DNA of 64,000 bases, from assembly GCA_026387435.1 (NCBI GenBank), contig JAPLLS010000093.1:1059-65058 (forward strand), in the 5' to 3' direction. Below the pieces are notes generated by a model. It did no database searches. It had not been told where the DNA came from and worked only from the letters and a program-made list of their open reading frames with translations. Shown piece by piece: positions 9,267-18,443 of this stretch. Numbering within the stretch: the stretch's first letter is position 1; the number at the start of each line of letters is the position of its first letter. The stretch is from Candidatus Omnitrophota bacterium. GTDB taxonomy: Bacteria; Omnitrophota; Gorgyraeia; Gygaellales; Profunditerraquicolaceae. Both the position numbers and the translations under genes were made by a program.

Positions 9267-10268
9267 GTGAAAAAAATGATGAAAATCGGACTGACTTACG
9301 ATTTAAAAACTGATTACTCGCCTAAAAAAGACGATCCGCCGGATGCTAACGCCGAATTCGACCATCCGGACACGATCAAGTACATTGCCGATGCTTTTGA
9401 GTCCCAGGGTTTTTCGGTGAAAAAAATCGGCAATGTGTCCAGCCTTTTGGAAAACCTCGACAAATTAAACGTAGATATAGTTTTTAATATATCTGAAGGG
9501 CTTATCGGCAGAAACCGGGAATCCCAGGTGCCCATACTTCTGGAGATGGCCGGTGTGCCTTTTGTGGGCGCTGACGCTTTAAGCCTGGGGATATCGTTGG
9601 ACAAGATCATGGCCAAGAAGATCTTTATGGCCGAAGGGATACCTACTCCAAGGTTCGTGGAGGTTAAGTCTGTCGACGGCCTGGATCATCTCGATCATCT
9701 GAAATTCCCTCTTTTTGTCAAGCCTCGCTTTGAAGGATCTTCCAAGGGGTTGACCGAGACTTCCCGGGTAGAGAACAAAGCTGAGCTTAAGACCCAGGTC
9801 GAGCATATACTTTCTGTTTACAAGCAGCCGGCATTGATCGAGGAGTTTATCCGCGGCGAAGAGTTCACTGTAGCTGTCATCGGAAATGACCCGCCGGAAG
9901 CTTTGCCGATCGTACAGATAAAGATAGACGGAGAGCTTAACCTTAAAGACAAGTTTTATACATTCGGCCATATCAAGGACGACAAACTGGAATACGTTTG
10001 TCCGGCACCGATAAGCGAAAGCCTCAGGAAAAAACTTATTGACTTGGCTCTGAAGACTTTTAAAGCCATCGAATGCCAGGATTTCGGCAGGGTGGATTTC
10101 CGGGTCGATGAAAAAGGCAGCCCCTATGTTTTGGAGATTAATCCTCTGCCGTCTTTGTCAACGGAAGACGTCTACAGCGTGATCTCTAAGGTGCTGGGGA
10201 TTACTTACGAGAAGATGCTCGGCAAGATCCTTAACGCCGCGCTCAAGAGGAACAATTTAATAAAATGA
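9267..10268 (+). CDS. D-alanine--D-alanine ligase-family ATP-grasp enzyme (paralog 1).
   Basis: MKIGLTYDLK...DTIKYIADAFESQGF, a central ATP-grasp region and C-terminal LEINPLPSL. The size is typical of Ddl at 333 aa. Confidence 0.7.
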   Translation: MKKMMKIGLTYDLKTDYSPKKDDPPDANAEFDHPDTIKYIADAFESQGFSVKKIGNVSSLLENLDKLNVDIVFNISEGLIGRNRESQVPILLEMAGVPFVGADALSLGISLDKIMAKKIFMAEGIPTPRFVEVKSVDGLDHLDHLKFPLFVKPRFEGSSKGLTETSRVENKAELKTQVEHILSVYKQPALIEEFIRGEEFTVAVIGNDPPEALPIVQIKIDGELNLKDKFYTFGHIKDDKLEYVCPAPISESLRKKLIDLALKTFKAIECQDFGRVDFRVDEKGSPYVLEINPLPSLSTEDVYSVISKVLGITYEKMLGKILNAALKRNNLIK

Positions 10269-11272
10269 AAGTAGCCCTGGCGTACAATTTAAAGAAAGAA
10301 GATAATACTAAGCCCGAGGATTATGCTTCGGAATTCGACTCGGAAGAAACCATCGGTGCTATAGCCGGCGCTTTGCGTTCCCGCGGCCATAATGTCGAGT
10401 ATGTAGAGGCCAGCCAGCCGAATCTTTTGGAAGCTTTTAAGAAAAGCCGCGCGGATATGGTTTTTAATATCGCCGAAGGCGAAAAGGGAAAGTACCGCGA
10501 ATCGGAAATCCCGGCGATCCTTGATTTCCTGGGCATTCCTTATACCGGCTCGGGGACGTTATCGCTGGCGGTAGCTTTGAACAAGGCCTTGACCAAGAAG
10601 ATTTTGAAAGCCGATAACATTCCCACCCCGGCTTTTCAGCTTTTTACGACCGGAAAAGAAGTATTGGATCCCCAATTAAAATTTCCTCTGATCATTAAAC
10701 CGAATTTTGAAGGCTCGGCCAAGGGGATCAACCGTTCCAATGTAGTGGAAAACCAGAAAGATCTTTACCTTAAGGCCAGGGAGCTTATTGATGTATATCA
10801 GCAGGAGGCTCTAGTTGAGGAGTTTATCGAAGGCAAAGAGCTTACCGTCGGGATCTTGGAAAACGGGACTTGCAACGTACTGCCGATTTTAGAGATTGAT
10901 TTTGAATCTGCCAAGAAGTCCGGGGAATTTTTCTATTCCTGGAGGATGAAAGAGTTCCAGGGGGACGATGTGCAGGGGCTGACTCCGACATTTCATTGTC
11001 CGGCCCGCCTGGATAGCCAGACGGAGAAGCTGGTCAAGGATACCGCCGTAAAAACTCACCGGGCGGTCGGCTGTTACGGTATTTCGCGCACCGACATCCG
11101 GTTAAGTAAAAACAATATCCCTTATGTTCTGGAGATCAATCCTTTGCCCGGGCTTAATCCCAAGGAATCTAATTTCCCGATCATGGCTTATGCTGCGGGG
11201 ATGAAATATGATGATATAATCGAGGCGATCCTTACCAGCGCCTATCAAAAAAGAAAGGCGGAAAATGGCTAA
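10265..11272 (+). CDS. D-alanine--D-alanine ligase-family ATP-grasp enzyme (paralog 2).
   Basis: It has the same architecture as the upstream gene, with MKVALAYNLKKED... and C-terminal LEINPLPGL. Its start overlaps the preceding stop by 4 nt. Confidence 0.7.
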   Translation: MKVALAYNLKKEDNTKPEDYASEFDSEETIGAIAGALRSRGHNVEYVEASQPNLLEAFKKSRADMVFNIAEGEKGKYRESEIPAILDFLGIPYTGSGTLSLAVALNKALTKKILKADNIPTPAFQLFTTGKEVLDPQLKFPLIIKPNFEGSAKGINRSNVVENQKDLYLKARELIDVYQQEALVEEFIEGKELTVGILENGTCNVLPILEIDFESAKKSGEFFYSWRMKEFQGDDVQGLTPTFHCPARLDSQTEKLVKDTAVKTHRAVGCYGISRTDIRLSKNNIPYVLEINPLPGLNPKESNFPIMAYAAGMKYDDIIEAILTSAYQKRKAENG

Positions 11273-12449
11273 TACGGCGGTAACCGAAAATCAAAAGTTA
11301 CTCTCCGAAGCTGTTATTGCGCCGCGGCCGGCTAGAAAGTCCCGCGATTACCAGCAGATCAGTCTTTATAAAGAAGTTAACCCGCTGGACTGGGAAGACT
11401 GGCGCTGGCAGATGAGAAATCGGATCACTAAGCTCGATCAGATATCTCAAGTTGTTAATTTGACCAAGGAAGAAGAAGAGGGTATTAAAAACGCCAAGGG
11501 GCATATGGCCATGGCCGTCACCCCTTACTGGGCGACTTTACTGGATCCGGAAGACCCCGCCTGTCCGATCCGGCGGCAATGTATTCCTACGCAAAACGAA
11601 TCCAATATCAGCCCCTATGAGATGGCTGACCCTTGCGGGGAGGACAGCGATTCTCCGGCGCCGCATTTGGTGCACAGGTATCCCGACCGGGTTTTGCTTT
11701 TGGCTACCGAGTCCTGCGCTATGTATTGCCGCCATTGCACCAGAAGGCGGCTGGTCGGCCACGCGGAAAAAGTGGATAATTCCCCGGACCGCTGTGATGC
11801 GGCCATTGATTACATCCGCTCTAACAAAAAGATCCGTGATGTTCTTATTTCCGGCGGTGACCCGCTTACGCTGGAAGACGAAGTGCTGGAAGATCTGTTG
11901 AAGAAATTACGCACTATCCCTCATTTGGAATTCCTGCGTTTAGGCACCAGGGTGCCGGTGACCCTTCCTCAGCGGATCACCGAAAGCCTGGTTTCCATGC
12001 TTAAAAAATACTCCCCGCTTTGGATGAGCATCCATTTCAACCATCCCAAGGAGATAACCCGGCGCACCAAGATTGCCTGCGAAATGCTCGCCGACTCCGG
12101 GATTCCGCTGGGCAGCCAGACCGTACTCTTGAAAGGCATTAATGACCGGCCCAGCACCATGCGCAGGCTCATGCATGACCTTTTGAAGATCAGGGTCAGG
12201 CCTTATTACATTTACCAATGCGACTTAGTCCGGGGAACGCAGCATTTCCGCACTCCGGTCGAAGCCGGAATAAATATAATCGAAAAATTGCGCGGCCATA
12301 CCACCGGCTACGGGGTGCCGACCTATGTCATTGACGCTCCCGGCGGAGGCGGCAAGATCCCGATTAATCCTAATTACGTAGTTTCCCAGGGCAAAGGCAA
12401 ATACGTTTTGCGCAACTACGAAGGAAAGGTTTACACTTACCTGGAGTAA
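11265..12449 (+). CDS. kamA: KamA-family radical SAM enzyme (lysine 2,3-aminomutase type).
   Basis: CAMYCRHCTRR is the CxxxCxxC radical SAM cluster motif. LISGGDPL and a C-terminal Cys-rich tail are typical of KamA/EpmB. Confidence 0.75.
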   Translation: MANTAVTENQKLLSEAVIAPRPARKSRDYQQISLYKEVNPLDWEDWRWQMRNRITKLDQISQVVNLTKEEEEGIKNAKGHMAMAVTPYWATLLDPEDPACPIRRQCIPTQNESNISPYEMADPCGEDSDSPAPHLVHRYPDRVLLLATESCAMYCRHCTRRRLVGHAEKVDNSPDRCDAAIDYIRSNKKIRDVLISGGDPLTLEDEVLEDLLKKLRTIPHLEFLRLGTRVPVTLPQRITESLVSMLKKYSPLWMSIHFNHPKEITRRTKIACEMLADSGIPLGSQTVLLKGINDRPSTMRRLMHDLLKIRVRPYYIYQCDLVRGTQHFRTPVEAGINIIEKLRGHTTGYGVPTYVIDAPGGGGKIPINPNYVVSQGKGKYVLRNYEGKVYTYLE

Positions 12450-12459
12450 GGATTTTCCC

Positions 12460-12488
12460 TTGACCGTCCTAAAATTTCCCCCTATAAT
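12460..12488 (+). promoter_or_regulatory. Sigma70-like promoter upstream of the EF-G paralog.
   Basis: TTGACC (12460-12465), a 17-nt spacer, then TATAAT (12483-12488). An AAAGGAG Shine-Dalgarno sequence lies just before ATG 12641. Confidence 0.5.
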
Positions 12489-12640
12489 AACTTTATCGGC
12501 TTTCCCAATCCCTTTTAATCCGGATTGAGTTTAGTTCCGAGCTTAAAACACCTCTAAAATCTATTGTTAGGATATTTGGCTTAATTCCTTAACCCGCCTT
12601 TGGGTTTTTAATACTTTCTTAAAGATAAAGGAGTATAAAA

Positions 12641-14575
12641 ATGGATGCCAAAAACAAAAGAAGTGTTATTTTATTAGGCCATGCTCAATCGGGAAAAACC
12701 ACTCTTGCGGAAAGTATCCTCTTTCGCTGCAAAGCTATTTCGCGCAAAGGCTCGACAGCCGAAGGCAACACCACCAGCGACTACAACTGGGACGAAATAG
12801 AGCGAAAATCTTCTATTAACGCCGGGTTTATGTTTTGCGATTATCAGGATATCCGTATCCAGCTGGTGGATACCCCGGGTTTCGCTGATTTTTACGCGGA
12901 GGTTCTTTCCGGGGTGCGTGCGGTGGATAACGCGATCGTGGTTATCGACGGATCAAGCGGAGTGGAAGTGGGGACGGAGAAAGTCTGGGAGCTGTTGGAG
13001 GAAGCCGGGATCCCCAGGATAGTTTTTGTCAATAAAATAGATAAAGAAGGCGTAGACAAAGATAAGATAGTCGAGGACATCCGGAAATCGCTTTCTCCTC
13101 ACGCGGTAGTTTTGAATTCCAGCGCCCTGGAAGAATTGATGGAGCCTGTCGCTGAAAGCGACGACATGCTTCTGGAAAAATATCTAGCCGCGGGCAAGCT
13201 TACTTTGGAAGAAATCAACAGCGGCCTGCATAAAGCGGTTGCCAGCGCCAAGGTATTCCCCGTTCTTTTCGGCTCGGCGCTTACGGACAGCGGTCTTGAT
13301 GAGTTCTTGAAGGCGATCAAGGACGATCTGGTTTCTCCGGATGAACGGCCGAACATGCAGGTTAAAGACGGCGAAGTAAAATCTCAGGAAGCGGCGCCTT
13401 TTTCGGGGTTTGTATTTAAAAGTATATTTGACCCTTATGTCGGGCAGTTGAGTTTGGTGCGGGTATTTTCCGGCAAGCTTGCCGGCAATACGACTTTTTA
13501 CAACGTTAATCAGAAGAACGTGGAGCGTTTCGGCCAGCTGTATTTTCTCCAGGGAAAAGAACAGCGATTGGTGGAAGCGGCTACTTGCGGGGATATCGTA
13601 GCTATTCCTAAATTAAAATTTACTCATACCTCGGATACTTTGGCGGAGGCGGCTCACCCGGTGGTTTTTAATCCCATAGAATTCCCCGAGGGGATGATGT
13701 CGGCTTCGGTAAAACCCCGCACCCGTCAGGACGAAGAAAAAATTTCCCAGGCTTTGGCTAAATTGGTAGCCGAGGATCCTACGTTCAGGGAGAAAGTCGA
13801 CCCGCAGACCAAAGAAATGATCGTTTCCGGGCTGGGGGATCTGCATTTGCACGTGATGATCAACCGGCTCAAGAAACGTTTTAATGTGGAAGTTGAACTC
13901 GGCAAGCCCAAAGTACCTTACAAAGAAACTATTACCCGCTCAACTAAGATCCAGGGTAAATTCAAGCGCCAGTCGGGAGGCAGGGGCCAGTACGGTGACG
14001 TCTGGATTGAGGTGCACCCTCTGGAGCACGGGAAAGGTTTTGATTTCGTGGATAAGGTCGTCGGAGGAGCGATCCCGCGTAACTTCATTCCTTCGGCGGA
14101 AAAAGGCATAGTCAAAGCTATGTCGGAAGGGGTAATTGCCGGCTATCCTGTCGTAGATATGCAGGTAATCCTTTTTGACGGCTCTTACCACGATGTTGAT
14201 TCTTCGGATATGGCTTTTCAGATCGCCGGGTCCATGGCTTTGAAAAAAGCGGTTTCTGCCGCCGGCCCGGTATTGTTGGAACCGGTCATGGAAATAGAAG
14301 TTTTCATTCCCGAAGAGTACCTGGGGGCGGTTTCCGGAGATTTGAATTCCCGCAGGGGGCGCACTCTGGGAATGGAAGCAAAAGGAAGAACGCAGGCTTT
14401 AAGGGCCAGCGTTCCTTTATCGGAAATGTTTACCTACGCCAGCGACTTGCGCTCGTTGACGCAGGGAAAAGGAAGCTTCACCATGAAATTTTCCCATTAT
14501 GAGCAAGTTCCGGGTAAGATGGCGCAACCGGTTATAGCGCATTATCAGGAGCATCATAAAGCGGAAGAAGAGTAA
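12641..14575 (+). CDS. Elongation factor G-family GTPase paralog with a degenerate catalytic motif.
   Basis: G1 is GHAQSGKT and G4 is NKID, both intact. G3 reads DTPGF instead of the canonical DxPGH. EF-G domains III-V are recognisable (RGQYGDVWIEV...). At 644 aa it is shorter than canonical EF-G. Confidence 0.7.
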   Translation: MDAKNKRSVILLGHAQSGKTTLAESILFRCKAISRKGSTAEGNTTSDYNWDEIERKSSINAGFMFCDYQDIRIQLVDTPGFADFYAEVLSGVRAVDNAIVVIDGSSGVEVGTEKVWELLEEAGIPRIVFVNKIDKEGVDKDKIVEDIRKSLSPHAVVLNSSALEELMEPVAESDDMLLEKYLAAGKLTLEEINSGLHKAVASAKVFPVLFGSALTDSGLDEFLKAIKDDLVSPDERPNMQVKDGEVKSQEAAPFSGFVFKSIFDPYVGQLSLVRVFSGKLAGNTTFYNVNQKNVERFGQLYFLQGKEQRLVEAATCGDIVAIPKLKFTHTSDTLAEAAHPVVFNPIEFPEGMMSASVKPRTRQDEEKISQALAKLVAEDPTFREKVDPQTKEMIVSGLGDLHLHVMINRLKKRFNVEVELGKPKVPYKETITRSTKIQGKFKRQSGGRGQYGDVWIEVHPLEHGKGFDFVDKVVGGAIPRNFIPSAEKGIVKAMSEGVIAGYPVVDMQVILFDGSYHDVDSSDMAFQIAGSMALKKAVSAAGPVLLEPVMEIEVFIPEEYLGAVSGDLNSRRGRTLGMEAKGRTQALRASVPLSEMFTYASDLRSLTQGKGSFTMKFSHYEQVPGKMAQPVIAHYQEHHKAEEE

Positions 14576-14714
14576 AAAGTCACAAGTGCTCCCTCGGCAA
14601 GCTTTCGCGGATTTTGTTAAAATCCGCTCAGCCTCGGGATAAATTCGGCCCAATAACTTATGTCGCACTTCGTGCTCCATAAGTTATGGCCTCATTTAAA
14701 GGAGATGTGGATAA

Positions 14715-15419
14715 ATGAAAATAGGAATTTTAGGGACAGATATTTTTACTCCGGGTAAGGCTAATCTGGTAGATGAGCGAGTCAAGACTCTCAAGGCCAT
14801 GTTTAATTCCGCTAAAGAGGTTTATATCCAGGCGGATATAATCACTGACCAGGAAAAACTGGTCGAAGCCGACGGGATAATCGCCCCGGAAAACGCGAAG
14901 CTGGATTTGATCGTCCACGACATGGAGTTTGTGGAAACCAGGCTTAGCCGTGTCGAAGATCCTGCCGAGAAAACGCTTTTGACTAAATTCAAGGACCAGC
15001 TGGATAAAGAAAAGCTGCTTTGCGAACAGGTAATAAGCGAAACGGAAAAAGGCCTTATTTCCGGATATTCGCTCTGGAGCATACGGCCGGTTTATCTGAC
15101 CAAGCCCGGGGAATTGGAAGACAAGAATAAACTGCTTCTTAATGGCTATGCCCATTTCGGCTACATCAGCTTTTTCACCGCCGGGGATAAAGATTCCCAC
15201 GCTTGGAGCATAAAAAAAGGAGTTAGCGCCTGGGAAGCTGCCGGGGCGATCCACTCGGATATCCAAAATGGTTTTATCCGGGCAGAGGTGACCAGCTTTC
15301 AGGATTTGATCGCCGACGGAAGTTTGTCCAAGGCCCGGGCTAACAACCATATCCGCCTGGAGATGAAAGAGTATGTGGTCCAGGATGGGGATTATATGGT
15401 TATCCGCACCAATAAATAA
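14715..15419 (+). CDS. YchF/Ola1-like protein lacking a functional P-loop (DUF933/TGS-containing remnant).
   Basis: The C-terminus GFIRAEVTSFQDLIADGS...MKEYVVQDGDYMVIRTNK aligns with the YchF TGS domain. The N-terminus GILGTDIFTPGKA is a degenerate Walker A. The protein is about 130 aa shorter than YchF. Confidence 0.55.
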   Translation: MKIGILGTDIFTPGKANLVDERVKTLKAMFNSAKEVYIQADIITDQEKLVEADGIIAPENAKLDLIVHDMEFVETRLSRVEDPAEKTLLTKFKDQLDKEKLLCEQVISETEKGLISGYSLWSIRPVYLTKPGELEDKNKLLLNGYAHFGYISFFTAGDKDSHAWSIKKGVSAWEAAGAIHSDIQNGFIRAEVTSFQDLIADGSLSKARANNHIRLEMKEYVVQDGDYMVIRTNK

Positions 15420-15481
15420 GTCACAAGGTTACAAAGTCACACGTCACAAGTAAAAACAAACAAAAATCCTAGGAGACAGCG

Positions 15482-17029
15482 ATGATAAAGATCAAAAGGG
15501 CTTTAGTGAGTGTTTCCGACAAAACCGGTATCGTTGAATTTTGCGCGGCTTTAAGAAAATTCGGCGTGGAGATTCTTTCCACCGGAGGGACGGCCAGGGT
15601 GCTTTCGGAAAACAATATCCCGGTAATTGAGGTTTCCGATTACACCGGTTTCCCGGAGATGCTCGACGGACGGGTAAAGACATTGCATCCTAAGATTCAC
15701 GGTGGGCTTTTGGCTTTACGCGAGAACCCGTCGCATATGAAGACCCTTAAGGAGCACAACATCGGACTTATAGACATGGTGGTGGTCAATCTCTATCCGT
15801 TCGAAAAAACTGTGGCCAAGCCTGATGTCACCCGGGAGCAGGCCATCGAGAACATCGATATCGGCGGCCCGTCAATGCTGCGCTCCGCGGCCAAAAATCA
15901 TCAGTCGGTGGCGGTAGTTTCGAACGCGGGCCAGTATCAGTCGATAATCAAAGAGCTGGAGATCAATAAGGGCTCGATCAGCGAAGAAACCTGCCGGGAA
16001 TTAGCCTGTGCGGTATTTAAAACCACCTCGGCTTACGATGGAGCAATCTTTAATTATTTAAGCAAAAATCAGTCTTCGGGAAAATTCCCGCAGTCGTTGA
16101 ACCTGCAATTCTCCAAGGTCCAGGAATTGCGTTACGGCGAGAATCCTCACCAGAAAGCCGCTTTTTATTCCGAAGGCCAAGAGCTTAAGGGATTGAGCGC
16201 GCTGAAGCAATTATGGGGCAAAGAGCTTTCTTTCAACAATATCCTGGATTTGAATGCCGCAGTTAATTTGATCAGGGAATTCGAGGATCCGGCGGCGGTT
16301 TTCCTTAAACACAATAATCCCTGCGGAGCGGCCGAGAATAAGGATTTGCTTAAAGCTTATAAACAAGCCTGGGATTGCGACAAGCTTTCGGCTTTCGGCG
16401 GGATCATCGCCGTAAACAGGCCGATCGAACTGGCTTTGGCCAAATTGATCGCCAAAAGCGGGTTTCTGGAGTGCATCATCTGCCCGAAGTTTGCTCAGCC
16501 GGCCCTTGAACTGTTAAAAGCCAAGAAGAACCTGCGGCTTCTGGAATTACCGGGCCTCTCTAGTAAAACCGAGGCTTGGGATTTTAAACGGGTAAACGGC
16601 GGGCTTCTGGTCCAGGACGAGGATGTCCTTACTCTTGACCAGAAAACTTTAAAAGTAGTAACCAAAAAAAAGCCGGCCAAGGCGGATATGGAATCTTTGA
16701 TCTTTGCCTGGAAAGTATCCAAGCACGTAAAATCCAATGCCATAATCCTGGCCAAGGGAACTAAGACCGTTGGGATCGGCGCCGGCCAAATGTCGAGGGT
16801 CGACTCGGTGTTCATCACTAAAAGAAAAGCCGGTAAACTTACGAAAAATTCCTGCTTGGCTTCGGACGCGTTCTTCCCTAAAGATGATGCTGTCCTGGAA
16901 GCGGCCAAGATGGGGGTCAAAGCTATAATTCAACCGGGCGGCTCAATTGCCGACGAAGAAATCATCAAGACCTGCGATAAGCATTCAATCTCCATGGTCT
17001 TCACCGGCATTAGGCATTTCCGCCATTGA
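15482..17029 (+). CDS. purH: Bifunctional AICAR transformylase / IMP cyclohydrolase.
   Basis: ALVSVSDKTGIVEFCAALRKFGVEILSTGGTA is the MGS-like domain. The AICARFT core follows and the length is right for PurH at 515 aa. Confidence 0.9.
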   Translation: MIKIKRALVSVSDKTGIVEFCAALRKFGVEILSTGGTARVLSENNIPVIEVSDYTGFPEMLDGRVKTLHPKIHGGLLALRENPSHMKTLKEHNIGLIDMVVVNLYPFEKTVAKPDVTREQAIENIDIGGPSMLRSAAKNHQSVAVVSNAGQYQSIIKELEINKGSISEETCRELACAVFKTTSAYDGAIFNYLSKNQSSGKFPQSLNLQFSKVQELRYGENPHQKAAFYSEGQELKGLSALKQLWGKELSFNNILDLNAAVNLIREFEDPAAVFLKHNNPCGAAENKDLLKAYKQAWDCDKLSAFGGIIAVNRPIELALAKLIAKSGFLECIICPKFAQPALELLKAKKNLRLLELPGLSSKTEAWDFKRVNGGLLVQDEDVLTLDQKTLKVVTKKKPAKADMESLIFAWKVSKHVKSNAIILAKGTKTVGIGAGQMSRVDSVFITKRKAGKLTKNSCLASDAFFPKDDAVLEAAKMGVKAIIQPGGSIADEEIIKTCDKHSISMVFTGIRHFRH

Positions 17030-17047
17030 AATAGGAAATAACTGACC

Positions 17048-18433
17048 ATGTCCTACCTGGAAGTTATAAAATATCTGGACTCTTTCGTTAATTACGAGAA
17101 AAAACCGGACGAGCTTTATCTTGAATCGCTTAAACTTGAGCGGGTGGAAGGTTTCTTAAGGGTTATCGGCCATCCTCAGCAAAGTTTTAAAAGCGTGCAC
17201 GTTGCCGGAACCAAGGGCAAGGGCTCGGTATGCGCTTTTACCGCCTATATCCTGCGCGAGGCCGGATATAAAGTCGGGTTGTTTACTTCTCCGCACCTGA
17301 CTGATGTCAGAGAGAGGATCAGGGTCTTGCGGCCGCAAGATCCCAACAGCAAGCCTGTTGTCGAGGATTTTGAAGGCATGATCCCCAAAAAAGATTTTAC
17401 GGACCTGGTTACCCGGCTCAGGCCCAGGATCGATAAGTACTGCGAAATTTCCCAGTATGGTCCGCTGACGTTTTTTGAGATCTACACTATCCTGGCTTTC
17501 GAGTATTTTAAGGAGCAGAAAGTTGATTTCGCGGTGTTGGAAACCGGTATGGGCGGAAGATTGGACGCTACCAATGTAGTTAAGCCGGTCATTTGCGGGA
17601 TCACTTCGATCAGCTATGACCATACCAATAAATTAGGCAATACCCTCGCGGAGATCGCAACCGAGAAAGCCGGGATCATTAAAGGCGAGGCTGTGACGGT
17701 GATCAGCGCTCCGCAGGAAGAAGAGGTGATCAAGGTTTTAAGGAAGAAATGCGAGGAGTCTGGAGCTGTTCTTTATGAGATAAATAAGGATATAAAATTC
17801 GAACTGATAAGTTTAAACATAGACCATCAAGAATTCAATATCCGAGGCAGCCTGGGCAGGTTTAATAACCTCAAGATTAAATTGCTCGGCTCGCATCAGC
17901 TGTTTAATGCTACCCTGGCCGTAAGCCTGGTTGCGGGTATTTTTATGAACAGCCGCGAGCATTTTAAAGGCGGCGTTTTTAAAAAAGGGCTGCAGAATAC
18001 CTGCTGGCCGGCCAGATTTGAGATAGTCAGCCACGACCCATTGATAATACTCGACGGAGCGCATAATGTCGCCTCGGCCAGGGTATTAAAGGAAACGCTA
18101 AAGCGTACTTTCCCGGATAAGAAAGTGACCCTGGTCCTGGGTATTAGCCGGGACAAAGATGTTTTGGGGATCACCCGGGAGCTTTTTCCGCTGGCCCAAA
18201 GACTGATCTTGACTTGTGCCGATAATTCCCGTGCGGCCAGGCCTGCGGATATCCTTTCAACGGGAAAAGAGTTTTTAACGGACCAGAAAGCTGAAATCAC
18301 TAGGAGTGTCTTGGAAGCTTTAAAAATCGTGCGCAGCAACCCCGGCCGGGATATCCTTGTTCTGGTCGCCGGGTCTTTATTTGTCGTCGGCGAGGCCAGG
18401 GGGATCGTTAAGAACCTGCCTGCTGCCGGTTAG
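17048..18433 (+). CDS. folC: Folylpolyglutamate synthase / dihydrofolate synthase.
   Basis: HVAGTKGKGSV P-loop, a Mur-ligase-like fold and a size of 461 aa. Confidence 0.85.
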   Translation: MSYLEVIKYLDSFVNYEKKPDELYLESLKLERVEGFLRVIGHPQQSFKSVHVAGTKGKGSVCAFTAYILREAGYKVGLFTSPHLTDVRERIRVLRPQDPNSKPVVEDFEGMIPKKDFTDLVTRLRPRIDKYCEISQYGPLTFFEIYTILAFEYFKEQKVDFAVLETGMGGRLDATNVVKPVICGITSISYDHTNKLGNTLAEIATEKAGIIKGEAVTVISAPQEEEVIKVLRKKCEESGAVLYEINKDIKFELISLNIDHQEFNIRGSLGRFNNLKIKLLGSHQLFNATLAVSLVAGIFMNSREHFKGGVFKKGLQNTCWPARFEIVSHDPLIILDGAHNVASARVLKETLKRTFPDKKVTLVLGISRDKDVLGITRELFPLAQRLILTCADNSRAARPADILSTGKEFLTDQKAEITRSVLEALKIVRSNPGRDILVLVAGSLFVVGEARGIVKNLPAAG

Positions 18434-18443
18434 AGGCTCGATT

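Noticed and set aside
14730-15350. 206-aa minus-strand ORF spanning almost the whole YchF-like gene.
   Set aside because: The plus-strand product aligns with the YchF TGS/helical domains and has a good Shine-Dalgarno sequence. The antisense product has no recognisable features. It is treated as a shadow ORF.
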